Made by a program: the position numbers and the translations under genes | The notes under the pieces: model-generated | The model's input: only the letters and a program-made list of their open reading frames with translations | Databases searched by the model: none | Told to the model about the DNA's origin: nothing | Assembly: GCF_964194155.1 (NCBI RefSeq) | Contig: NC_135881.1 | Location: 52,018,001-52,082,000 of the forward strand | Length of the DNA: 64,000 nt | Source: Cetorhinus maximus | Lineage: Eukaryota | Direction of reading: 5' to 3' | In this document: piece by piece, positions 48,300-58,744 of the stretch | Position numbering within the stretch: position 1 is the stretch's first letter | Layout of the letters: every line of letters begins with the position of its first letter

Positions 48300-51200
48300 C
48301 TATTGTGGAATTCCATTCCATATTAAGTTCACTGGTTTGGTCTATTGTAATTGGTCCACATTCTAAATCGGATACAATCATTAATCTACACAACTGTTAG
48401 TATCCACAATGGCAAGATACAAAATGGATACATTGTTTTCTAAAGACACAATGATCAATAAATTATAATTTATGAAACAATTTTTTTACATAAAATGTTC
48501 GCAATGTATCAGTGTTTTGGCATTTCTCTTCCCTCAGTTGACTTAATCTTAATTGGCAAAATAGTAAAGCAAACCCGTTTTGTAAAAACAATTGATACCC
48601 CCAAAGCTAAGAATCGTTTTTACTGAAACACTGACAAGCTGACCTACGGGAGCTATATATGAGTTGTAAAATCCGTATTGCATGTGCCAGATCACACCCA
48701 ATTAATGCAAAGTGGCTAATCCATTAAAAAGCACACTGAATCATTTTCGTAATCAAACAGATTTTAAGATTATCTTATACAGACCACCTTTCCCCTGACC
48801 TCCACTGTGTTAATATAAAAAAAACCACAAACCACAACATGAAGGTTTATGACAATGAATTTTGAATAGCACTCCTGATCGTTTTGTTGGCTTTGTTTCC
48901 TTCATGTTTAAGCATAACAAAACCGCCTTTTCTAGACTTTACGCTCAGATACAAACCGGCTATAACAAAACACATTTCTTTCCGCGAAACCCACATGCCT
49001 TTGGGCTCATATTTGTGCCGTTTCAAGACACGTCGGAATCGATGAAAATTTGTAATAAGACAAAGCGACTATTTATTGGGCAGAACACTGTTGCATTACA
49101 AGGACAATCGCATCTGGATTTGCAATCACACGTTTTATGCTTGACATTAAACCGACGATTCTTTCGCCCCGCGTAAAGCGAAACAGGAAGAATTGTGTTC
49201 TACAAAGCCATTTCCGGCAATTACATGTTCGTTGGAAATATTTTAATGAACATCGGGGTGCTGTACTAGTAACGCGATGCATATACCAAAGCTGACCCGT
49301 TACAAATTTAATAAATAAAATAATGTTCGTGCCCGACACGAGGACCATTCTTAAAAGACCGAGAAGGCAAATTGACGTCTGCTGGTGCCCATACTCGGCA
49401 ATTCTTACAGTTACTATAGCAACTTGGGTTACACTTGGCATTTCGCCAGAGGACCGAAAATAGAGCGAGCTACTGCGGGGGACACACGGCGGTCATGTGG
49501 AAATATCGCAAATTTAAAACCTTCAACCTGCAATCACGATCGGAGGACGATCCGAGCAATCTGAACATGCAAATCTCACCGCCATTTCAAATGAGCCCTA
49601 ACACAGCGCACATCATCGTTTTTTGGCTCTCCTTGAGATAGACTCCACGTCGACACTAGCTTTAAGTAGTGGCTTTTGTGATCACACGATTTTCTTCTGC
49701 AAACGCCTGTCTCCTTCCCAGGGCGACTAATAGGTGGCTGCGGTTCCACAACCGAGGATCACTTTGATAGAGCACGCCTATTGATTAATAATTAATTAAT
49801 AAGTGATCAGGAAACAGGAATTAATAAAGATTCAATATTTCACTAAACTTTTGTACTTTGTTGCCCGTTTAAAATGTAAAAAGGAAACAGTTTGCTTTTC
49901 TTAAGAAACCAGCAAGAAAACTGACAACATGCAAATAACTATGTGACGCACAGGATTCAGAAGACGCACAGGGCCAGGGCAAATAAATACCAGGCACTGC
50001 CGACCAGATGAAAAAAGTGACTATTCGTCGCACTTATTTACAATATATGTACCGTTAAAATAAATGTATTTATTACAGTTCGTGTACATTTGGTTTAAGA
50101 AAGCAAATTTTACCCACAGCGCCGACGCGCGACGTTTCGAAGTAATCAAACTACATCAGGTCATAAACAATCTGCATTTCTGTAGTTTTTTTTTAATATT
50201 TCAATTGGCGTTGGGACACAAACAAACGATGTACAGATTTCAATGAAGTTTCAGTCATTACCCCTTCAGGCAGTCTAACACAACAAGCAGAACTCACTAG
50301 AAGTTCTCCGTTTATTTACTCGAGACCAGCCCGCTTTGCACGGATGTCCTGCCCCCCATTCTTGCCCAGGAGCTCGCAAACGCGCCCCTGTTTCCTCATT
50401 TAGTTGGAAGTTACAGAAATTGCGGCACGTTCATCAATTTGTAGTTCACACGCGTGCTTTTAAGCGGCTCTCGCTATCGAGTACCGCAGACCCATTCCGC
50501 GGGAGAGAGGAAATAAAGGAAAATAAAAACAAACCACGTGTTCCAAAACGCTCCACTCTCCCCATCAGACTCGTGATCGGCCCCTTCCCATCAGAGTGAG
50601 ATTAACAGAACGGGTGAGGATTCAACTGATCAATAGATTAACTACTCCATCTGTGAAACATTCATGACGGGCAGACAACTCAACCTTGGTATATATAACC
50701 ATGTAAACACACGTGTTTTATTTCACAGACCCCATGGGCTTCCGTTTATGCTGGGTAATTCATTTCAGCTGTGGAACTTCATGTCTCCCTGATTATTTTT
50801 AAGCCCGATGTTTTTTTATTATCAGCGGGGTGAACAATTAGCCCTCATAACATCGTAATCAACCATCCCAAAGCAACAAAGAAATCCACTTTAAAGAAGA
50901 AAGAAGTACACATGGATCTTCAAGATATTGTAAAAGAGAATCCATATCTCAAAAATGCATAAAATATTCTAGGATATCCAGCAGTAATTCTAAGAAAAGC
51001 ACGGTCTACTGCAATACTTCAACTGTGGTGTCCTGCATGTATCATTGCAAAGAAATTCATAGTCAGGCCCGATCAAAACATCACCACCACTATCGACACA
51101 CACATAAACAACTTTTTGAAAGCTACATTAAAGCTGTACTATAGCTCAGAACATAATATTAGCTTAGTAACTAAAACTAATATATGGCATGGCTGAAATC

Positions 51201-52454
51201 AAAGGCACGGGTCAAAGGGGTACTGTAAGTTGGATTGTTTCATTTCCTTTTAATAACCATTCTGAATTTGGAGCAATCATACTATTAGAAGAGAAACAAA
51301 TTTATTTGGCTGCCTATGGCTCTCAGCTGCTCCCAGTGCCTGTTCTCAGTTATTTCGCTTAAATACATCACAGCAGAGGTCATTCTGTAATATTAGCATC
51401 CTATATGACGGAGGGGACACGTTTAGAAATGCGTATTTTGTGTGTGAGTGTATGTCCTCTCAATACAGTGTCTGTTGTCCTTGTCAGTTGCTGCTTTCTT
51501 GGATTAAGCCAAAAAAGGTTTTGTGACCAAGGCCATCTTGGCCCCTTTACTCAACTTACATTCGGTATCCACACAATCAAAACATAATCAGATTGTATAG
51601 CAGCTCTTCACCAACCCACCCCCACCCCCCTCCCAACCCCCCTCACCCACTACTACCGCCACCATCACCATCAACAAGGCAACACAGGGCTGGGACAGTA
51701 AACGACAACAACACGTTCTTGGAATCCACCCTAATAAATCTAACTGGGCAAAAAAGGGGGAGGAAAAAAAACACTTGCTCACTCCCACTCATACTCAGTA
51801 AACCTCGTGTTCTGCCCGGAAAATCATTGCTGTCAACAGTCCCGGTTACCAATAACAGAAACAAAAATGTCCACAAACAAGCATGAAAAAATATCTCAAC
51901 ATCTTGATAGTTGATTATGACAAAGCTTTACAGGCTTCTTGTTTGTTTATTTACTCCTGACACGACAAGCACTGTACAAGGATCCGAGGGGCACCGCCAC
52001 CAACCGCCATGTTTACCGTCAAAACCCAAAGAAGTACTCTTAAGAAGTTAAGTTCAGAAAACACACCACATTCGACTTATCACCCAAACAGTCACACGAG
52101 CACATACCTTACCCTGTATGGATCCTAACTCTATAAAATCGTTCCTCTCGGTTCCCCATTTGGTGTCAAAATTTACATTTGTATCTGAGCTGACTAATAG
52201 CACTTCGGTGATACGGCAGCCAATTTCCAGCATGGTCAATTTTCAAAGATATCTAAATAAAAATCCGTGACAGCTCGCACCTCCCAACTTGCGATGATCG
52301 AAAGTATAAATATTATTCCCTCGATACAAACGAGCAGAAAGGTCGCAGACTCAAAGGCGGCGGAGAATCGAACAAAAATTTTGCAAATGAAGTGCGTAAC
52401 GAAACTGAGTGGAAATAAGGACGGCGACGAGCCGCTGAGTCGCTGTCAGCCTTA

Positions 52455-52521
52455 AGAGCGAGAAAAGAGAGAGAGAGAGGGCGAGAGAGAGAGAGAGAGA
52501 AAAGAGAGAGAGAGAGAGAGA
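52455..52521. repeat. Interrupted (GA)n tract at the start of BMI1 intron 1
   Basis: Seen directly. Confidence 0.9.
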
Positions 52522-52580
52522 GGCAACACCGGGTGCATTTCAAACAGCGAAATCGGCCTCAAGTGGCGGCCAGAATGTAC

Positions 52581-52771
52581 CTGGGAGATCTTTTCCAGAC
52601 AGTGCAGCCTTGGTGAGACCATGCCCGGGGCACGGCGACTCCCGGCTAAAGCCTGCACCCCGCGGAAAACAATGAAAGTTGTAGATCAGGGGAAAAAAAT
52701 GAATCGCAGCCAAGCGGCCATCTTGCATGAACTGCAGACGCTGTCAATTGCAATCGCAGAGGCTGCAGCTT

Positions 52772-52804
<33 letters not shown>

Positions 52805-53020
52805 AAAATAACATTCGTTAAACACTGGCCCTTCAACCCTCACACCGACCCTGGCAGGAGCCGATCTGCACCCATGCAATATTTGTTCAGCCGATTCTAC
52901 CTGGTTCCGAGGCGGCGAGGCGGCTGGGCTATTCCCGGTTGTAGAAGTTGAAAAAAAAAACACCCCCGAAGCCCAGTGATGGGTGCCGTGAAACTGACAC
53001 CGTCCCCAAAATGGCTCGAG
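52581..53020 (-). other. BMI1: Putative non-coding exon 1 (5' UTR) of BMI1; 5' boundary approximate
   Basis: Contains ATTGACAGCGTCTGCAG...CAAGATGGCCGCTTGGCT...ATTCATTTT...AACTTTCATTGT, similar to the human BMI1 5' UTR (from memory). Candidate donor CCCAG|gtacat at 52581. Confidence 0.7.
52772..52805. repeat. Interrupted (GA)n tract, read as (UC)n within the putative BMI1 5' UTR
   Basis: Seen directly. Confidence 0.9.
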
Positions 53021-53050
53021 TTCGACCGCCCCGCTCTGTCACGTGGTCTC
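52985..53050 (-). promoter_or_regulatory. BMI1: BMI1 core promoter: E-box CACGTG (53040-53045), GC box (53026-53032), YY1-type GCCATTTT (53008-53015)
   Basis: Minus strand reads CCACGTGACAGAGCGGGGCGGTCGAACTCGAGCCATTTTGGGGACGGTGTCAGTTTC in a CpG island; resembles the human BMI1 promoter/TSS block as I recall it. Confidence 0.75.
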
Positions 53051-53846
53051 ATTCCTTAAGGGTGGCCTGGGAATTAGAGTCGGTGTAATCAGAGCCGACC
53101 CCCCCCCCCCCACCACCCCCCCCCCGCCTCCTCTCACCGCACCGCTCCCCCCTCCACCACCCATCTATCCCTTAAAAAAACACCAAATAATGCACCCTTT
53201 ATCAGCCTCACACATCAGCTCCAGCTCCATTCCACCGATATCAAACGCTTTAAAAAAAAAATCTACACATGTCGCCGGGTAAAATAAAAGTCTCGTGGTT
53301 TCGATACAAAAAAATAGGTTATTGTATAGTAAAATATGACGGCAAACTTTTATTTCAGATTCTTGTTCCACATTGGAGAATACATCTTAGACAAGAGATC
53401 AAATGAAAGCCTCTCTATAAATCTATACGCTCGTATTTTTAAAGTATCAATGGAATATCATCTTGCGGTTAGATAGCTGTACGATGATGCATTAAAAACT
53501 TCATTTGGTAGCGGCTGAGGATTGGGGGTGAGGCGACCCTCTTTTGATCCAAATTTCCATTTGAAATATTTGTTGTACTGTTTACAGCGTCATGATTCTT
53601 TCCAGCACAGATAAACTATAGTCACCGGAACGTAGACGAGTTCCTACACTTCACACAGCCTGTCTCTCCCGCACTGTTATGCCGCAGAGGCTCCGGTAAA
53701 GTTTACTTCCTTGCATTTTAAAAAAAATTGGAAAACAGGAACAAATGCAAACGCGCTTCGGCTGAGGTGGGGGGAACCCAAGGTTAGACGTAGCAGCTTT
53801 GGCTATCTACAACTGAACGGACTAACAGACATTTTTGTAAAATAGG

Positions 53847-54319
53847 TTTATTAAAAGTTTAAGAACACATTGACGAGAGGAGCAGGGGGTGCGGGGAAGA
53901 AAGCCTACTTTGCTCTTCCAAACGCACTTTATAAGCTGCTTTCGTATTTACCATTGGCGTTCCCCAATTTTCAGCAAGTTTTGTAATTAAATACCGCTGT
54001 TATCACGAACACAGAAGACAATAGCCGCCGAACGACTTCCAAGACGTGAATATATATTACATGGTTACCCACATTAAAGAATTGGATCGAGTTTATAAAC
54101 TTCCCCCCTCACCTCCCCAAGCTGGTAGCTGTAGACCTAAGGAACATTATAGATTCTTCAAAATGTTTTTATTCGAATAGGGCAGACGTTTGAAAGCGAT
54201 TTCATTTGTCATGTCAAAATATTGATATATGACGTAGCTAGGAGATTTCAAACAAGCATGAAATGATATCAAAAAGTGCGAAATAAGATAACTCAGACGG
54301 TAGGAAGCATATCTTTATT
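53847..54319 (-). terminator. Candidate COMMD3 polyadenylation signals (AATAAA at 54314-54319, 54168-54173, 53847-53852)
   Basis: Three TTTATT hexamers on the plus strand between the COMMD3 stop and the BMI1 promoter; which one is used cannot be told from sequence. Confidence 0.45.
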
Positions 54320-54548
54320 ATGGAAAAATCGTATATACACAGTCAAACGCGACACACCTGATACATAAGCATTGTATTCAAGTATATGACGGCATTTCAT
54401 ACATGCGCCAAATGCAACGTTTGAACTATTTATGGATTCTCTGTTGTTCACGTCTTTTGCATAGAATGTGGAAGCACGCAGGTTTTGGCGGATTCCTTTT
54501 ATACCACCCACAGCCTCGAGTTTAATCACGGTCCCCCAGCTTCATCAA

Positions 54549-54608
54549 TTACATCTGACTCGCCTTCTCCATGCTTTTGGCTGCGTCCTTCAACTTCCCC
54601 AAAAGATC
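54549..54608 (-). CDS. COMMD3: COMMD3 exon 8 (DLLGKLKDAAKSMEKASQM*)
   Basis: Acceptor attgcag|GAT, stop TAA at 54551-54549. Exons sum to 588 nt = 195 aa + stop. Confidence 0.95.
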   Translation of the reverse strand, partial: DLLGKLKDAAKSMEKASQM

Positions 54609-54634
54609 CTGCAATAGAAAAACAGATTTTAAAA

Positions 54635-54637
<3 letters not shown>

Positions 54638-54669
<32 letters not shown>
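54638..54669. repeat. (AC)16 microsatellite, read as GU/UG repeats on the COMMD3 pre-mRNA (intron 7)
   Basis: Seen directly; ends about 30 nt before the exon 8 acceptor. Confidence 0.95.
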
Positions 54670-54672
<3 letters not shown>

Positions 54673-55893
54673 TCAGAAATGTATTCCAACGACGGGGGGA
54701 AAAGGGGGAGTTATTTAATAATAGAAATTCATTTTAAATCTTTTTCCAAGATTACGGCCCCGCAGTAAATGTAACTTTTATGCAAAGAATTTAAATATCT
54801 GTTACTCATACTGTAGATTTCCCCCGTTAAAACAAACAATTCAAAGTCGATTCTACAACACCAGGATGCTATTCTTCTTAAAAAAAACTTCGTAAAGTAA
54901 CATTACCAAAATTTAGAAATTCGTATTTTGCCAAACTTTTCACTGAGCAGATGGCTTATTCCAGCAACAAAATCTTACGTTTAAAGGCGCAAATTTCGCG
55001 TTGCTTTGTAAATTTAGAACTGAAGAGAGGGTTGCTTTGTTAAATACCTCACCAGGAAAGATGCCGAGCGCAGTGTCTCTCAAAAACAAAGTGTTTTGTA
55101 AATTGTGAACTACTGAACTTTACAGAATAAAATGTGACAAATGGCATTAGTAATAACACTGAACCTTGTAAAGACAAATGGTCATTTACATTAAAAAGTT
55201 TCCGTAGAATAAAATCAGAAATAGTTTCACCTTAGACAGTCCATAAGCATACAATAAAAGCCAGAGCAAGGTACTACACACAGGAGTTTTTGTCCCTAAA
55301 ATTATAATTAAAACAATTACTTGCATACAAATTTATTAGAGCTGATATGCACATGAGATGCTATTTAAATTAAACACTTCAAAATAGATGCAAAATGAGT
55401 GGCGTCCATGGTGAAGGGTTAATCTTTCCATGGAAAAAAAAAACACAGCAAATAATGAAGTCTGGGTTTTCCCCCAAATCGATTGTCGGTTAAGTATCTG
55501 CAAAAGTCGGTGCACAGGGAGGAATGAGAAAAATCTTCTCAATGCCTTGTAGAAATTTGGTGGCTCCTAAAATCAACGTGGTTGAAAATTTACACCAGAG
55601 ATTGTGTTTTTATGAACGAGAGACGCAAATAGAAATTGATTTTTGGCCAATATGTAACTTGTTTTTGGAGGTGATCCCACAATGTACATTGTTTTCTAAT
55701 AATCCCTGTCATTGAAATTGCGTTGCACAAGCAGTGAGAGTATGATTCAATGGCATCAGTTCAATTAACCACAAACCTACCGCCTTACAATTGGGCCGAA
55801 AACGCACAAGCATTAGTAAGATAACTTCAATCTTGACATCCGGGAGAGAAAGCGCCAGCATTTTATGAAGGAGACGAAGTTTTACTAGAATAC

Positions 55894-55953
55894 CTGCAAT
55901 TGCTCCATTGTACAACTGAAAGTAACATCCTGAGCTGGCCGGGACCCACCATT
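55894..55953 (-). CDS. COMMD3: COMMD3 exon 7 (NGGSRPAQDVTFSCTMEQLQ)
   Basis: Acceptor tttacag|AAT, donor CAG|gtattc, 60 nt; FSCxMEQLQ motif. Confidence 0.95.
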
Positions 55954-56037
55954 CTGTAAAAGGTTAAAACAATATTAAACCGTATTAAATAAGCAATTCA
56001 AACCCAAAACGCAATATCTGCTCGTTTTAAGCCTTAC

Positions 56038-56094
56038 CTCAACATTTAAGGTTAACAAATATGCCGGTTGATTGACTTTGTGAAGATGGTTATT
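56038..56094 (-). CDS. COMMD3: COMMD3 exon 6 (NNHLHKVNQPAYLLTLNVE)
   Basis: Acceptor ttccag|AAT, donor GAG|gtaagg, 57 nt. Confidence 0.95.
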
Positions 56095-56199
56095 CTGGAA
56101 TACAGATATAAAAATTGGTTTAGCCCGGAAGTATACAATACCAAAATAATGTGTCCGACTATTCTGAAATACAAAGTATGAAAATATTTGCTATTTTAC

Positions 56200-56260
56200 C
56201 CTAATATGGTACTCCAGGCGCCAAGAAGCATCAATGATATGAGAAGGAAATCTTCCTATG
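56200..56260 (-). CDS. COMMD3: COMMD3 exon 5 (SIGRFPSHIIDASWRLEYHIR), start of COMM domain
   Basis: Acceptor ttgcag|C, donor AGG|gtaaaa, 61 nt; WRL signature of the COMM domain. Confidence 0.95.
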
Positions 56261-57269
56261 CTGCAAGATATTTAACAGGAATAAAAATTAACGCATTACA
56301 CAAAAAATAAAATCCCATACTCGTAAACACAATTTCTATTATTGCATTTTCCAAATGAGTCAGATCCCACTCTCCTAAAATCAGTAATTTAACAGCGATC
56401 CATTCAAAGAATCATTTGGGTTTAAACTACCCAAAACTCAATTTAAACCATGTTTGTTGCGTTGTTGTGGGAATACTGTTGTTCGCTGTGAATCTTTCCG
56501 CGTATAAACTCAAAGCGAGCGGGTGAAAATAAAAGTTCCACTTCAATGGAAGTAGGATGGTGAACTGATCGTTAGAAGCCGAATTCGCTATATATTTACC
56601 CTTTAGTTTGTAAACACGAGTCTCAAGAAAAAAACTACGCTTTTCTAATAAATGTATGGCTCACATGAACTAAATGTGTGAACAGAGATTAATTATCAAG
56701 GATGCAAGTGATGATTTGTTAAAATAATTGGACAGTTTTAGATTTCTACCCCTCCCTTTCCTTCAATTTTCGAAATGTTATAAGTACATGCTGCCGAGAT
56801 GCATGACGAAAACAGGTCTTCCATCTCCCTTCTAGATTATAATGGGAGGGGGTATTCAAAATCCACTCCAGAGCCGCAGTTATGGATTGGGATGGCGTTA
56901 AAATAATTAAATACAAAGTAATAAAATTTATGATTTAGAGGCAACGTGTACAGTTTTAAGTGAATGACATTTGTACTACTGTTTTTGGTTCAGTTGACCA
57001 TAGTCTAAAAATAGTTTCAGCATTTCAAGTATGTTGCAAACCCTTACCAAGCTACAACTCTACTCATACTAGAAATTCGCGTATTTTCTAGGTAGAAAAT
57101 TGAGTGCCTTTATGACGGACAAGTGATAACTCAAATTGTTTATAAGGTACTAAAACATTTCAATATATAGATACCGCACCCAAGATGCGACACCCCACCC
57201 CCCCAACCTCCATCAACTCCACACACATGCAGTTACGTAGCACCAGACAAACTATGTATATGCAATTAC

Positions 57270-57304
57270 CTTCCTAGTAAGGTTTTCACTTTATCTTTGT
57301 TCTT
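57270..57304 (-). CDS. COMMD3: COMMD3 exon 4 (KNKDKVKTLLG)
   Basis: Acceptor tatttag|AAG, donor AG|gtaatt, 35 nt; phases fit both neighbours. Confidence 0.9.
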
Positions 57305-57660
57305 CTAAATACAGAATCAAAAGGAAACATAGGAGCTTAGTATACATCAGAGCTAATTTTAGCTTTGGTTACTACATTTTCAGTGAACTTATACAATGTA
57401 GGTGCTTACTTCAGTATTTTACTTGTACAAACGTGCTCTGATAAATTCGTAAGGAATTACAAGATCACAACCCTACCACAATGCCTTAATAAAAATCAGT
57501 GATCTATATTGTCAGCTGTACACTAGAAAGTTACTACGTTGGTTTTAAGGAAAAAAGTGAACCATTTGCCTGATTAATTTTCTTTTCATGGAAAACTCCT
57601 ATACTGCAGTACTCCCACTAACTTTACAAATACAGTATGGTATGTTGAGGGACAGCAAAC

Positions 57661-57724
57661 CTGGTATGCTGCGCAAAATATGTCTATTCTCTCTCCTCCA
57701 AATCTACAGTCTTCAAGTAACGTG
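57661..57724 (-). CDS. COMMD3: COMMD3 exon 3 (STLLEDCRFGGERIDIFCAAYQ)
   Basis: Acceptor ttccag|C, donor CAG|gtttgc, 64 nt, in frame. Confidence 0.95.
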
Positions 57725-57820
57725 CTGGAATTGAAGAACATCAGTCACAAAATGCCTCCACATCCGAAAACAAATATTAAAAACTAAACACACAATATTC
57801 ATAAATGTTGGACAGGTAAC

Positions 57821-57932
57821 CTTATAGTCGATTTGTCGGCGTTTTGTTTTCCTGCCTCCAATACACAGGTTGCGATGGCTACATGGCATTGTTTCAGCAA
57901 AGTCAAGTCCAAATTTCCCAGCTCTGCATGGT
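57821..57932 (-). CDS. COMMD3: COMMD3 exon 2 (DHAELGNLDLTLLKQCHVAIATCVLEAGKQNADKSTI)
   Basis: Acceptor tgtgcag|AC, donor AG|gttacc, 112 nt; matches the LKHCH...LEAGK..ADKST motif. Confidence 0.95.
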
Positions 57933-58571
57933 CTGCACAACAATGGTAGATAATGATTTTCAATTCCATTTCCACATAAAACTTTCCACCTATTAGAGGC
58001 CTGCGTCTGGTCCAATGCGCACATGACATTTAATAATAAATAAGTTATTTTGTCTGCTACTTTAAAAACAAAAACAAAAATGACCGTTAGCTCCCAGAAA
58101 AATTAAGTCCAACATTTTATTGTTTATACCGAATTATTTGGATACATTGTGCCTTCAACCATAACGACCACACAACATAGTCACTTAGAGGCAGTGTTGT
58201 GTCTGCTTTTACTCACGCAGAATATTTTGGGACCTTAAAAATTTGATAAACAACTCATAAAACAGAATACACTTTCAGCCGGCAACCCTGGCGCATTAGG
58301 CCCCAGGATATTCGTCCACAACAATGAACAATATGCAGACTCAATATGCATTTCGCGCCGTCAAGTCGACAGCTCGAGAACAAGGAATCGGTCAACAGAG
58401 ACACGTTTAGCAAATAACATACTGTTGCAAATGATATTTACAACTGGATTCGGGAGCATTGCGACGCAGAGCCGTTTGTGAAGGAACAAACCGACCGTGT
58501 CCTTCCTGTATTAAATCAGTATAAAGAACCAGCAGCCGCCCTCCACAAATAGCTCGAAAATACGCGCTCAC

Positions 58572-58710
58572 CAAATACTGCTCCGTCTGTTTGTGGGTTT
58601 ACGAGGCTCTCGAAAGCCGCTTCCACTAAAATGTGGAATGTTTTGTTGGAGAAGTGGCTGGGATCGGCCAGCAATTGCAACCCTTTCAGAGCATACTCTG
58701 GCAGCTCCAT
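58572..58710 (-). CDS. COMMD3: COMM domain-containing protein 3, coding exon 1 (MELPEYALKGLQLLADPSHFSNKTFHILVEAAFESLVNPQTDGAVF)
   Basis: Translation resembles the vertebrate COMMD3 N-terminus (MELSESVQKGFQMLADP...). ATG at 58710; donor G|gtgagc at 58572; 139 nt, phase 1. Confidence 0.96.
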
Positions 58711-58738
58711 TGTACTGGACTGACCTTCGACACAGAGC

Positions 58739-58744
58739 CACGTG
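58739..58744. promoter_or_regulatory. CACGTG E-box just upstream of the COMMD3 ATG
   Basis: CCACGTGA about 30 nt 5' of the start codon, inside a CpG-containing region. Confidence 0.35.

Noticed and set aside
53043-53282. Proline-rich ORF
   Set aside because: A by-product of the poly-C promoter tract.
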